Assembly (NCBI GenBank): GCA_000388065.2
Contig: KB932201.1
Length of the DNA: 64,000 nucleotides
Origin: Fonticula alba ATCC 38817
Taxonomy: Eukaryota > Protista > Nucleariida
Direction: 5' to 3' (one strand)
Below are positions 27,600-40,237 of this stretch, piece after piece; the first letter of the stretch is position 1, and each line of letters starts with the position of its first letter. The translations under genes were made by a program, and so were the position numbers. The notes under the pieces are model-generated. The model had not been told where the DNA came from. It saw only the letters and a list, made by a program, of their open reading frames with translations, and ran no database searches.

Positions 27600-30500
27600 A
27601 GAGGAAGAGGGAGAGGGAGAAGGAGGCAGGGAGACTACGCACACGGACATCCTTGCGGGGATTGAAACCACTCGTGGAGAGAAGCTGCGAGGGAACAGCC
27701 AATGTGTGGCCGTCTGTGGTGCTGAGACTGGTGATCGGACTGCCACCACAGCCGATCGCAGCACGAGGGAAGACAGATACATAGTGCGGGCCTCCATCGG
27801 CGGCATTGCCATGATCGCCAGAAGCCTGCGCCACGGTGCTCGAGGAAGAGGCCAAGGCCGAGGACGAGGAGGAGCCCGAAGTCGAGGAACAGGATGCCGC
27901 CATCGATGCCTGTGCAAAGACCCGCCGGAAGGAGGGGAGCGCTGCAGCATCAGCGGCTGCCGGCCAGCCAGATCCCGCCGCACCATGGACCAGAAGCGGG
28001 GTGGTGGAACGGAAAATTCCCTTGGGATCGGGATTCGGGGTGACGGTGATCTCGGCCCGAGTGCCCGGGTGAAAGTCAGACAGGTCTTCCACCTCAAGCT
28101 CGCCACCAGAAGGCATATCACAGATCGGGGCAGATGCCTCCGACGGGGGTGGCAGGGACATGGACCTCGCCGGCTTGACCAGCGCGCTAGCTGGCGGCCA
28201 GGTAGGGTCCAAGTCCGGTTGGGATGCAGGCGGTGAGCACCGGTCACCTTGGGGCCGGGGGGCGCCGTCGGACTCCGGGCGAGAAGATTGCCCTGGAGAG
28301 GGGACATCTCGCTGCTGGCCCCCGAAGGCCTGCAAGTCCTCATCCGTCGAGTCACCTGGCAAGTGTCGAGCTGAACGCTGGGACACGATGGATGCCCGGC
28401 GTCGGGGCGCAGTGCCAGAAGCAGAGGTCGAACGCGCCTTGCCACGCGAGCTCGCACGCCCGGGAGGGTTCACACCCGCATCTAGGGAGTCGGCGGAGCT
28501 GAGAGACGCCGGCCACGAGGAGGCAATCAGCGAGCTGGCTCGCTGGGCCGCCGCCCGACGGGAAGGCTGATTGACGAAGAGTGCTGCAACTGAAGCATCG
28601 TCCAATCCGAGACCAGCTAGGCTGGCCACGGTGCTGAAGCCCTTCTTTGAAGAAGAGGAAGCAGAGGAAGCAGAGGAGGAGGAAGAGGAGGAAGAGGAGG
28701 AAGAGGAAGACGAAGAGGAGGAGAAAGAAGAAGAGGAGGAGGAGGCAGTGGAGGTGGTGATGGAAGCAGGGGCTGAGGAAGGAGGGATTGAATCGCGGCG
28801 AGAATTCGCGGCGAGAGACGAGACCACACTCGTGCCTACAAGAGGGACATCGACAGGGTCATCCTCCGGCTTGAAGCGAGGAAGATCCTCATCTGTGGGA
28901 GCAGGAGGGGGAGGAGGGCGAGACTTCTTCGAGGCCGAGCTGAAGATCGAGTCCGGTGTATCGATGGCCGGGCGCTTTCGACCAGTCGGCCAGGGGGATT
29001 TGGCCCCTGGAGGCGGAGACACTGAAGGAGAGCGGCGCGAAATGACGGGCAAACAAGAGCGCGAGCGAGAGCGCGAGCGAGATCGCGAGCGAGAGCGCGA
29101 GCGAGAGCGCGAGGGGGAGCGCGAGGGGGAACGCGAGGGGGAGCGCGAGGGGGAGCGCGAGGGGAAACGCGAGGGGGAGCGCGAGCTGATCGGTGATACT
29201 GACCGAAGCCGGCGGGCTTGCCCACCACCTCTTGTCGGGGTGTTTGAAGCTCGGCTCTGTTGGGATGATGGGGAACTGGCACGCCGGGGCGACCGGAACA
29301 TTGTTCGCTGAGCTGGCCAAGGCTTGGATCGATGGGGCGAGCGGGACTCGGTGCGAGACAACGACCGGGATCCGATGTGAGAAGGTGACCGGGACCGAGC
29401 ATCGAGTGGTGAGGGCGAACGGCCCCGCCGAGCTGAGCGAGACCGGGCCCCTGACACAGCTGGGGGCTGAACTGGCCAGGAACCAGCCGGCCGAACAATC
29501 GGACTTGGAGAGGGCGACCGCGAAGGCGACCGCGAGAGTGACCGTGAGGGCGACCGCGCAAACATGCGCCTCTTGGGAGACTGCCGAGGCGAGCGTGAGC
29601 GCCGGGATACGGACCGAGATCGCGAGCGACGATTGGACAGCCGGCCAGGAACAGTGAGGCGACGACCTGTGCGCAAGGAGGGGGACCAGTCTCGGGAGCG
29701 TGAACTCGACTGCAGCTCTGACCGTGACCGTGACCGTGACCGTGACCGTGACCGTGACCGTGACCGTGACCGTGACCGTGACCGTGACCGAAAACGAGGT
29801 CGAGATCGAGATCGAGGCCGATGCTGAGATCGAGGCCGAGACCGAGACCGAGACCGAGACCGAGGCCGAGATCGAGATCGAGATCGAGATCCTGGGCGGT
29901 ATCCCGGGCGAATCGAACGTCGGCGGGGCGTCGTAGATGCGAGTGCCTGCCGGGAGCCGCGCCGATCAGCCGGTGACAGCGACCGCGACCGCGACCGCGA
30001 CCACGACCGCGAACGAGATCGCGACCACGACCGCGAACGAGATCGTGACCACGACCGCGAACGAGATCGCGACCATGACCGTGAGCGAGATCGCGACCAT
30101 GACCGTGAGCGAGATCGCGACCGCGACCATGACCGCGAGCGAGATCGCCGGCTGATGGGTACCCGCCGGGGAAGGGGGGAGCCTGAGCGTGCGATACTGG
30201 CTGACCGACGCCAGTGGCGATCGATGCGCGACTGGCGTTCAGAAACTCGGCCGCGGTGGCTCGACTCCCAAGATAGCGATTTGCGTCGGGCTGCCGAGGG
30301 CGGAGGGGACGAAGTCCTCCCAGGAAGCTGGGACAGGGAAGATCTCGGGGTCGCATCCCGGGCAATCGAGCTTGACAGCGATATCACAGACCCGGACGGG
30401 GCTTTGGCCGGTGGAACTGATGGTGTCGATGGGGCCGGTGGCGCCGGTGTTGAGATGGCTGGTGGCGCAAGGGTGAAGTTTCGGAGGAACTTCGATGCCA

Positions 30501-30833
30501 ACGGCGGGACAAGGCGCCGGGTGACATTGGCAAACACCAGCCGGGAGATCTCCTCGACGACCAGACTGGTGGCAACGGCGTGGGAGTCAGCCATCGGGCC
30601 CTCGGAGATCTCGCCGTGCCTTCTGGCGGGCTGCGTGTGTGTAGGGGGAGTCGGGACTGAAGGTGGGAGTGGCTGGTGGCGGCCCTGCGAAGGATGAGGG
30701 AGAGGCGGAGGCGGCTGCGCGGACGCCGTGGGCAGAGGCGGCAGACGACCCCCCTTGTGGGGAGACATCAGGCGGCTTTCTCTCCGGCGAAGAGGAGGAC
30801 TGGCAGCAGCGGCAGCAGTGGTGGTGGCGGCAG

Positions 30834-30864
<31 letters not shown>

Positions 30865-31291
30865 GGCGGCGCGACCGGGCAATGACAGAGGAGGGGAGGG
30901 AAGGGATGACGCAAGCCGGGAAGGAACGGGACAGGCAAATGAACGGATGTGATGGGGTAAGCACACCAAGGTCGCCAGTACGCCGGCTGCACAGAGGAGA
31001 GGGAGAGAGAGAGAGGAGGGGGGGAGGGAAGGGCGAGGAGGCGTGTGGATGTCGATGCCGGAATAGTGGACTTTGTGGCCCTCCCCTTTGGGCCAGGGGC
31101 GATCTAACAGCGCAGGTGCGGTCCACGTCCTCGCTCTGTCTCCTCCTGAAGGAGGAGGGAGATGCGGGCACCGATGCCAAGGCCCTTGCCGTGGCGGCCC
31201 CACACTGCCAGCCCAGCGGATGGCGACGAGGCCGGACACCACCACCACGCTAACACACACACACACACACGCACGCGCGCGCACCGTTCAT
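24835..31291 (-). CDS. SET1: SET1/COMPASS H3K4 methyltransferase with RS-rich region; frame broken by an assembly artefact at 27169-27374
   Basis: Contains [20 protein letters not shown]...IIDAT...[20 protein letters not shown] and post-[19 protein letters not shown]-like motif GCAR and the Set1-type helix [18 protein letters not shown] are present. Start is uncertain (Met 31291 via two micro-exons, or Met 30594). Confidence 0.88.
27169..27374. other. Assembly artefact: 93-bp direct duplication flanking 20 bp of Illumina adapter
   Basis: Identical copies at 27169-27261 and 27282-27374. The spacer 27262-27281 is AGATCGGAAGAGCGTCGTGT, the start of the TruSeq read-2 adapter. Confidence 0.95.
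27522..27598. repeat. (GCGT)n tetranucleotide microsatellite in a SET1 intron
   Basis: Perfect gtgcgtgcgt run seen directly. Confidence 0.95.
29040..30140 (-). repeat. Coding RS-dipeptide, RSRSRSWS and RSPS repeats of SET1
   Basis: Translation shows about six RSRSRSWS units, long (RS)n runs and tandem RSPS. On the DNA these are GACCGT, GAGATC and GCGAGG-type hexamer arrays. Confidence 0.9.
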
Positions 31292-32331
31292 TTGTCCACT
31301 TCGGGACACGAACTGCCCGTCGTCCGGGCTGGGTGGCAAGTCCGCGCACCGTGTTCACGACTAGCCCCCAACGATTTGCCATGTTGAGACAGGGGCCGAT
31401 GTGCCAGTGGCGTACCGTGATCATCGTGCACATGGGCGCGTGTGATCATCGCCCCGGTCCTCGCCTCTGGCGTAAGGCCCCTCGCCCCCGGGCATGACCA
31501 GAGCCCCGGCTTCCGTGGCTCGGCCGCGATGCNNNNNNNNNNGGGGGCGGAAAACCATCCACCCCGTTCGGGGGCCAGGGCCGACGAAGGGCCGGCCGGG
31601 CGGAACGGGGTTAGTCAACCGAAATTGCCGCTCCAGACGCCAAGACTCCAAGCGCGTTAACTCCAGCAGACCGATGATACAACCCGGGGGGCGGGACGGG
31701 GCGGGGCGGGGCGGGGGACGAAGGAGGGCGGATCGGCTGTATGAGCCCGCGAAATTGGCTTCCAGCTGCCTAACTTACCAGAGAATGTGCCCGATCTGGG
31801 TGTGGGCCCCCTGCGGGGCGGTTGTGGGCCATCAGCGGCGCCTCTTTTGGGGGCAAGCAACTCTCCAAGGCGGCCCCGAGGGGGGTGCCTGGGGGGGGGG
31901 AAGGGAGCAAGGGCATGTGCATTTACAACATATGCCACTAGAAAATACATATTTTATCCCAGGCCAAACATGGTGACAACTGTTGCCTTGTCAGTTCTTG
32001 GTGTCTGGGGTGTGGGGGGCGGCCGGCGACCTCGATCCGGCCCCTGAGAGGCTGGGCGCGGCGCGGCCCGGCGCGGGGCAAACACGGCTCTTTGGTGGGT
32101 GGGGGCGCGGAGCGACGGTCCGAAACGCGGACCCCATTTGACGATCCGACCTGGCTGCCGCCCGGTCGCGGCGACATCCATTCAGGCTCCTCTCCCCGAT
32201 TTGCCCCTCATCCATTTTCCCCCTTTCCCCTGCTTCCCCCCCCCCCGCCTCCCCTTCTCTCCTTCTCCCTCTCCCCCACTTCCCTCCTCCATCCGTCCGC
32301 GTCTCGCCACTCCTTGCCTCACCTCGCCGCC

Positions 32332-33125
32332 ATGAGCTGGTCCGTTTCCCCTCCGGCTGTCTGTCGGGTTTTCTTCCCCCTCCCATGTCACCACTTCGGT
32401 TGCTGACCCGCTCCACACACGCACACACACACACACACAGGAAGGGATTCACCAAGGCCGTCAACCGTCTCCCGCAGCGCGTTCTGCAGAAGGCCGGCTA
32501 CGCTGAGGGTGCGCACTTGCCCATCTTCCTGCCCTGCTTCCGTCTCTCCGCCTCTGTCAGACACATGTTCCCCACTCCTGTGCAACCACTCCCTCTACTG
32601 ACCTCTCCCTACCACTCCTGTCGTTGACCCCCCTCCCCCCTTTCCGCACACACACACACACATAGAGACCCACGATCCTGACTTCGAGCAGATCGAAATC
32701 CTGTTCAAGGACTTCGAGTCGGCCGCCAAGAAGCTCCAGGAGGACACGAAGGCCTTCCAGAGGGCCGTTCAGGGCCTGCTTAACCACCAGGCCGCCATCG
32801 GCACCTCCTTCGAGCAGGTCTTTGCGCCGGTCTCCTCGCGCGTTGGTGCGGCGGCTGCCAGCTCGGCCGAGCAGTCTCCCCAGCTGGCCTCCACCTCGGT
32901 GAATGCCCAGTCCATCGCCTCCTATGTGGGCGTGTCGAAGGATTGGAATGAGCGCCAGCTCCAGATCATGGTACGCTCCGGTGCTTCTACCACGCCCACT
33001 TGTGGTCGGGTTTTTTCCCCACCCAACTGCACCTCCCCCTCCGTCTATCAGGCCGCCTCAAAGTCCTTGCTCTCATCCCTCTGCTCCTCTCTCTCTGTCT
33101 CTTTCTCTCTCTCTCTCTGTCTCTT

Positions 33126-33187
<62 letters not shown>

Positions 33188-34492
33188 TGTCTCTCTCTCT
33201 CTGTCTCTCTCTCTCTCTGTCTCTCTCCCTCTCCATCGTCTGACTCACCCCCCCCTCTTCACACACCGCCCTTATCCTCCTTCCAACCCGGGCAACTGCC
33301 TGCCCCCCATCATCCGGTCGCCCGCAGCTCGACTCCCTTGAGGCGGTTGTCGTGAAGCCCTGCGAGGAGCTCATGGAGATTGTCAAGGCCGCTCGGTCGA
33401 CCATCGACAAGCGCAATCGCAAGCATGTAGACTATGACCGGTACTACACGGCCCTCAAGAAGGCCCAGGAGAAGGAGAACTCCAACCCCTCGGACATGCT
33501 GCGTGCCGAGCAGAACTACAACGAGGCAAAGGCCCAGTATGACTACTACAATGAGCTGTGCAAGAATGAGGTGCCGCTGCTGTATGACATGCGTGTGGCC
33601 TTCATGGATCCGGTCATCGAGATGCTTGTGCGCTTCCAGTTCGGCTTCTTCAACGACATCACCAACCTCATGTACCCGATGAGCAATGAGTTGGATCTCG
33701 GCGACCCGGCTCTGGAGGACACCTACAAGGACAGCATGGCCCCGGTCCTCGAGAGCATGGTCGACATTCGGATCTTCAATGCCCGCATCATCGATCCGTC
33801 TCTGCCGGTGGCTGTCCCGCTGCCGGGCACGCCGGGCGGCCCGCCGGGCCCGACCGGTGGGGCCGGATCGCCGCCCGGATCGCCGACCGGCGCGTCCTCC
33901 AAGGCCGATTCCTTCGGTCCGCCGCCGACCGGCGGGGCCTCGGGCTTTGGTGCCCCGCCGGCCGCCGGGGCCGCGGGGTTCAGCGCGCCGCCGGCGGCTC
34001 GCTCAAGTCCCGCCATCCCGTCTTCCATCCCGCCGTCGCTGCCGCGCTCCCCGACTGCCCGGGCTTCGGATGTCATCTGCTATGCGCATGCCGCTTACGA
34101 CTATCAGTCTGACACCCCGGGGGATTTGTCCTTCACCTCGGGCCAGCGCATTGCCATCATCAAGCGGACACCCTCCCAGGAGGACTGGTGGACCGGTCGC
34201 CTGGACAACGGCCAGTCTGGCATTTTCCCTGGTGCGTTTCGGTTTGCCCTCTGCTCCTTGCCTTTTGTCATTGCTCCTGTATGCGCTCCTGCCGTTGGGC
34301 TATGGTGGCCGCCTCTTCCCTCCCCCGCCGGAAGAGTGCCCTTTCTGTTTCGCCTTGCTCCCCTCGCCCCCCTCCCCCCTTTTTTGCTAATGTTTCCTCA
34401 TGGTTGCATTTCTTCCCCACCCTTCGATGTTGTCTGCCTCGCGTGGGGCCATGTCTGCGCATTTTCCAGCCAACTATGTGGTGCTCGAGTAA
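32332..34492 (+). CDS. RVS167: Rvs167/amphiphysin-type N-BAR + Gly/Pro/Ala linker + SH3 protein, 5 exons
   Basis: Spliced MSWKGFTKAVNRLPQ... N-BAR helix-0, KRNRKHVDYDRY, and SH3 AAYDYQSDTPGDLSFTSGQRIAIIKR...DWWTGR...GIFP/ANYV*. Donors at 32340, 32509, 32971 and 34232 are phase-consistent. Confidence 0.92.
33085..33235. repeat. Long (CT)n/(CTGT) microsatellite in Rvs167 intron 3
   Basis: Seen directly. Confidence 0.9.
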
Positions 34493-35452
34493 GTGCATTT
34501 TCCTGCGGCGGCGCTGTGTGCATCGGCGTGTGAATGCCGCGGCCATGTTGCTATGTGCATCTTCTCCTTCACGGCGCGCGACAAAAAGAGCGACAGCGGG
34601 CGAGGGGGGCATCGTCAGCAGCAGCAGCAGCAAGCGGAGCCCCCTCCCATCTTTCATCTCGCGCGCGCATGACCCCATACTGCATACGCACACACACTTG
34701 CACCTCCCCCCTGCCCCCGATATCCATGCGTCACGCCCGTATGCATGGACACATCTCTCTTTTTTTTTCACCGGGAAGCGTGCAGGTGGTGGGACACAGG
34801 GGGCCGACAGGCGCTGCCCCCTCGTCTCCCTCTCTGCTCCTCTCCCTCTCTATCCTCCAGAAGACGGCCCTCCACACACGGCCCAGGCAAAAATAAACCA
34901 CGTCCACGTGTATGTTAGACATTCCTTTTTTTTTCGCCCCTCGGCTGCCCAGGCTAGCGTCCTTTCTTCATGCACACGGGCGGGGACGCACACCCGCCTT
35001 TGCATGTGGGCATGCACGAGCAAACGGGAGAAAAGGCATTGTGCCTGTCCCCCACTGCTTGCTCATGTCTTTCTCGCGGCCGCCTTCCCCTCTGGCAGGA
35101 GTCCTGCCATGGTTCGGGCCTCTGTCCCTCCGGTCTCCCCTCCTCCTCCCCTCCCGCGAGGGCGCACATGCTCCACCGGCTCACGATGATGTCTATTTTC
35201 TCGGAGGCCACGTCCCGGACGTCTCAGCCTAATGCCGACGGAGGATGTCGTGGGTGCACAGGGGGGCGGGGGGGGACGAAAGCCAGATGCCCGGCGGTTG
35301 TCCCCCTCGGTCGTTCGGCTGCCGCTTGGACTCCTCGGGTGTGTGTTCTGCGGTTGTTCCGACTTTGCATGCTTCCTCGGAAAGGCACCGGGCCGCTGGA
35401 TGGTGGCCGTGGGAGGGGGAAAAACAGAAAGGCCGACTGCCTGGCAAGTGTG

Positions 35453-38400
35453 TCAGGATCCTGCAGCCGGAGCAGCGTGGCAGCCGCCGCAGCAGGCCGC
35501 CTGCGACTGGGCGAGGACCATGTGCCTCAGAGCTCGATGGTCGGTCAGCACAGCAGTCCCGGCGGTGTGTGGCGGAGGCCGGAGGCCGCTGGCATCGGGC
35601 CCGGCGTCGTCACGGCCGAGGCCCAGCGATGTGCATGCCAGGTCCACCAGCCGGGCTCGCGTGGCCAACAGGCAACTCACCGGTCGAGCGGGCCAGCAAA
35701 AGAGTGCCTCCCAGGCAGGGCCACCGCCATCATCGCCGGTGCCACGACGGCGCATGCCGCCCCCGGGGGCCGCCGCTTGGTGCTGTTGTTTGTGAGCGGC
35801 GGCCGCTTCGGCCGAGGCCGCCGGTCCGAAGGTCCCGCCAATGGCCGGTGCCAAGGCCACGACGGCCGATGCCAGGGACTCTTGGCAGGCGTGGTGCAGG
35901 ACCAGCAGCAGGCGCACCAGGGCCAGCGCTCGGCCCGGCTGGCCCCGAGCCAGAGCCACGCTCAGTTGGCCATCTGCCAGCAGGGCCAGCACAAAGGCCA
36001 GCCCTCCGGGGGAGGTGTCCTCCATGGCCGCCCAGGCTTTGCGCTGTGTCAGGGCATTCAACTTGTGCTCGAGGATGGGGATCGCCGCGTCGGCGGCCGG
36101 GCCGGGGGGTTTGGGCGGGCCTCCCGCCGGGGCCGGAGGCCACCGCCGTGCCGAGGCCCACATCTCCAGCAGCTGCGTGGCCTCCTCGACATTAGGGGCC
36201 TCGCCCGAGGCCAGGAGGCCGGCCAACTGCCGGGCAGCAAGGCCCTCCGGCTCGATGGCGTCAAGCGTCTCGTGCAGCCAGCCCGGCGTCGGGGTTTGGC
36301 CGGCCACGCCGGCGGCCCCTGTGCCCCAGCCGGCGGGGGCGACTTCATCCAGGCACATGGAGATGGGGATGGGCTGGATGCCGCGGATGCGCGCCGAGCT
36401 GATTTGACTGGCTGGAGCCCCGGCCGCATGCCAGCGCTCGTCCAGGTCGTCGTGCGAGAAGTCGAAGTACCTCGAGGATGGTGATGCCCGGGGCGTGCCT
36501 CCTCCGGCCGGCCGGCGGGGGGCATCATCCCCGCTGGGCAAGTGGCCCGGGTCCAAGGCGCCGGCCGCCATGGGGAGCTCGATGTCGGAGCTGCTGGAGG
36601 GCAATGCGCCGAGGTTGGGGGAGAATTGCTCCTCGGCGGCCAGGGTGCGCGCCGGCCCGGGGCCACGCTGCTGGCCATGCCCCACGGTCGATGGGCAGAC
36701 ATCCAGCCGAATGGCCCCAAGTAGCTGGCACCCTGCCGGCAATTGGGCCGCCAGCGCCTCGAGAGTGGTCGGGGCGGTGGCGGGATCCGGGCCGGCCCCC
36801 GTGTCGGATGGGTCCCCGCCGCGCGGAGACATGTGCCCAGCGCGTGAGTTCCCCCGGGCCTGGCCATTCATGCTGCCCGGGCGACCGCTTGCGCCCCCGC
36901 GCAAGTGCGTCAGGGACAGGTACAGTGAAATCGACCGATGCGACAGGGACTGATAGGCCGAGGGTTGGGGCAGGCGAACTGGGCGGTTGCCATTGAAGGC
37001 ACGGGGGACCCCGGCTACGCGCGCGTGCGCGCGTGGCATCAGTTGAATGGCACCAGTGGGAGAGGGTGTCAGTGGAAGTGTGGGCTTGATCCCGAGCATG
37101 TGTGTTTGTGTGTGTGTGTGTGTGTGGTGGGGTATGTCGATGGAGCACGCTTGCACATGCGCGCATGCCTCGCGGCCCCGGCCCGCCTCCCCTCTGAAAT
37201 GGTTTCCCCGAGTGGATGACCATCAAATGCCGCCCCCATGAGACCAGGCATCTCCCTTCTCTAGCCCCCTCCCCCCCCCCCACCCCCCCCGGCCCTAGCG
37301 GCCAGGCTCCTCGCACCGTCAGACTTCCCGGAGAAGAGAGCCTCGGTCGGGGTGTTCCAGCACCCGACCCGCAGTGGCCGGGCCAAGGGTGCGGCCATGC
37401 GCAAATGCAAGTCCGTCAGCTGGCGGAGGATCCGCCGCGAGGAGGACTCCACCTCCACGCGGATGCGCCAGTGGGCCAGCTCATAGGGGAGGGCCCCCAC
37501 CGGCCGGAGCCCCAGCAGGGGGGCGGGCCCTGGGGGGGAGCTGGCCGGCGTTGGCGGCCCCAGGACTTTGAGGATGCACGGCTGGGCCGGCGAGCAGGTG
37601 AAGAGGAGCAGGCCACTGGCGGCATCGCTGACGGACATTCGAATCCCCGGGAGCAGGTCGATCGCCGGGGGGGCACGCCCTTCGGCCGCACCGCCCTTGG
37701 GCCCGTGCGCCGTGGAGGTGCCAGGGACATCGGCCGTCGCTTGGATGGCCTCATACAGCAGCCCGCCAAGGCCCGGCAGGGAGATCTCCCGCCAGGGCTC
37801 GAGAGCCGGCGACCGGCAGGGATCCAGCAAGTAGGTCAGCGTCAGTCGCCAGATGTTGCCACCCGACGTTTGGAGCCTCCCTCCATGTGGCTGTTGCTGT
37901 TGCTGGTGGTGGTGGTGGTGGTGCTGCTGCTGCTGCTGTGGCGGTAGGGGGGCCATGTCGGGCGTGGACATGCCGCGTGGCGAGATATCATGCCGCGCGG
38001 TGGCCGGCAGCGCGGGCGAGTGTCCGGCCGTGCCGCCCGGCAGTGTGTCCAGGCCGGCTGGCAGGCGCGCCAGTTCCCATTCTGCCGGGTGACAAATCCA
38101 GGCCGCATGGTGGAGGCTTGCTCGAGGCAGGATGGCGTCCGCGCACTGGCACATTGCCAAGCGGGAAGAACGTGGCCAAGGGGCCGGGGGAGCATGTCAG
38201 CATGGGTGCTCGGGCGCCGGGGGGAAAAGCGGTGTCCACTCTCAGGCCGCCCGGGGGGGCGGGGGGGTGCCGCCGGTGGGAGAGCAAAAGTGGGCACCCC
38301 CATGCGATGGCGGGGCCCATGGCGAGAGGCCCAAGGGCGGGAGGAGCGAAGGGAAATGGCGAGCATGAGGGGAAGAGGAAGGCCCCCCCCCCCCTCCCCC

Positions 38401-40206
38401 CTCCCCCCCCGCCCCCCCCCGAAGCAAGTGACCGAAAACGCACGCCAATCCCCCGGATGCGCAGGTGCCGGAAGCCCTGAGCCGGCAGCCGGCCGGCCGT
38501 CAGGCTGAATGCTGCCGACCCCATGTGGTGCCCATGGGTCGGTTGGTCCCACTCGGGGTGGGCTCCGCCGAAGCGGACCACCAATTCGATGTCCACCCCG
38601 GCTGTGATCAGGTAGCACGGGGGCAGGAGGCTGAGCCGGCCATGGGCGGGCGCCGGGCCGCCCTCCTCGTCCTGTGTGGCGGCTGGCGGCTGCGGCTGGT
38701 GCGGCTGCGAAGAGGAAGAGGCATCGGCGTCCGGGCCGCTCATGCCATTCATCGAGTGCTGCGTGGCGCGGGCAATGCATAGCTCCCACACGGAGCCGGC
38801 GGTCACGCGCATCGGAGCCACGTAGCGTAGCGGGGCCTCCGGGGCGACGGCCGGGCCGGTGGCGGCCAGCGGCGGCGACGTCGGCAAGTCGTCCAGACAC
38901 ACCAGGTGCCGGTGCAGCTGCGAGACCGTGTGGTCCGAGTCGTCGGCACAGCCGCCGGCCACGAGGAGGGTTGCTCGCTGCTGGCCGGCGCCCGAGCGGC
39001 CGGTGCCTGGGCCCCGGCCGCCGGCCGGGAGGAAGGCCTCCACCGGGGCCGTGGCCAGGGAGCTGGCACTGGGCAGCCGGCGGCCGCGAGCCATAAAGGG
39101 GATCCGCCCGCCGAGGCTGGCAGCATGGCCGACGGCGGCGGCGGCAGCCCCAGCCTCGCCGGTGGGTGAACCCCTGGCGGCCGGGGCCTCGCTTTGAGAT
39201 GGATGCGACACGCGGATGTACACATGGGCCACGGACACCCCGGCCGGCACTTGGAGGAATGTGCGCCAGGGCTTACGCGAGGTAACGCGTCGGGTGCCCA
39301 GACAGAAGCCATCACGCAGGATTTGCCCCTGGTCCGGCATGGCGGCGGCGGCGGCGGCGGCGGCTGCGGCGGCGGCGGCGGCGGCGGCTGCGGCAGATGC
39401 CGTGGCAGATGGCTGCCCCTGGCCGGCGGCCGGTGTCATGCTCGGCCCCCCGGCGGGCAGGGCGCCACCGGGTGGGCCAATGCCCTCCGGCGACACCGGG
39501 GCCGTGGCCTGGCCGCCAGCGGGTGAGGTGGCGGAGGCGGCGGCCGCCGCGGCCAGAGCGGCCGGCGGCGGCGGCAGCAGCGAGCGCGACCGGGCAATGC
39601 AAATCAGGAGCCGGCAAAGGGGCCCGTGCTGGATGCCCGGCCCTGGCCGCGTGCCCGGCAAAACCAGCACCTCGGCCGAGTGGAGGCCCGGTGCTGGTGT
39701 GTGTGTGTGTGTGTGCGTGCGAAGGGGCATCCCCGGAGGTGAGCAACAGTGCGAAGCCACATCGAGGGCTGGGGAAGGGCGCGCGTAGGGATGCGACCCG
39801 GGCGCTTGCAGGTGTGCTCTTCCTCCGCCGCCTTCCGACCGGCCTTCTGCTCGGGGCCAGACAGCCGGGGATGCAAAAAAAAAAAACCCCGAAAAAACCG
39901 CCGCCGGGTAGACGCACCGAGGGGACTGGCATCGACAACAATGTCAAACACGGCGTCCGTGGCTCCGGTCCCCGGGCCGGGGAGACGGATGCGCTCCGGC
40001 ACGACCACCCATGCGGCCGACGATTGCGCCGCCAAGAAGGGCTCCTGCGGCTCGGCATGCCCGGCAAGGTCGGCCCCAGCGCCGGCCAGGCGGACGCGAT
40101 GGCGCACCGGCCCCAGGAGGTCGGCACTGGTCGGCGGCAGGCGCAAAACCAAGGATCGTGCGTGGCGCAGGTCCGGCAGTGTCATGATCGCCTCGCGGGG
40201 CTGCGC

Positions 40207-40237
<31 letters not shown>

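Noticed and set aside
31746-31754. E2F-like TTTCGCGGG in the SET1/Rvs167 divergent interval
   Set aside because: Isolated short match; similar matches occur inside coding exons (for example ~11681 and ~54911), so it is not distinguishable from chance.
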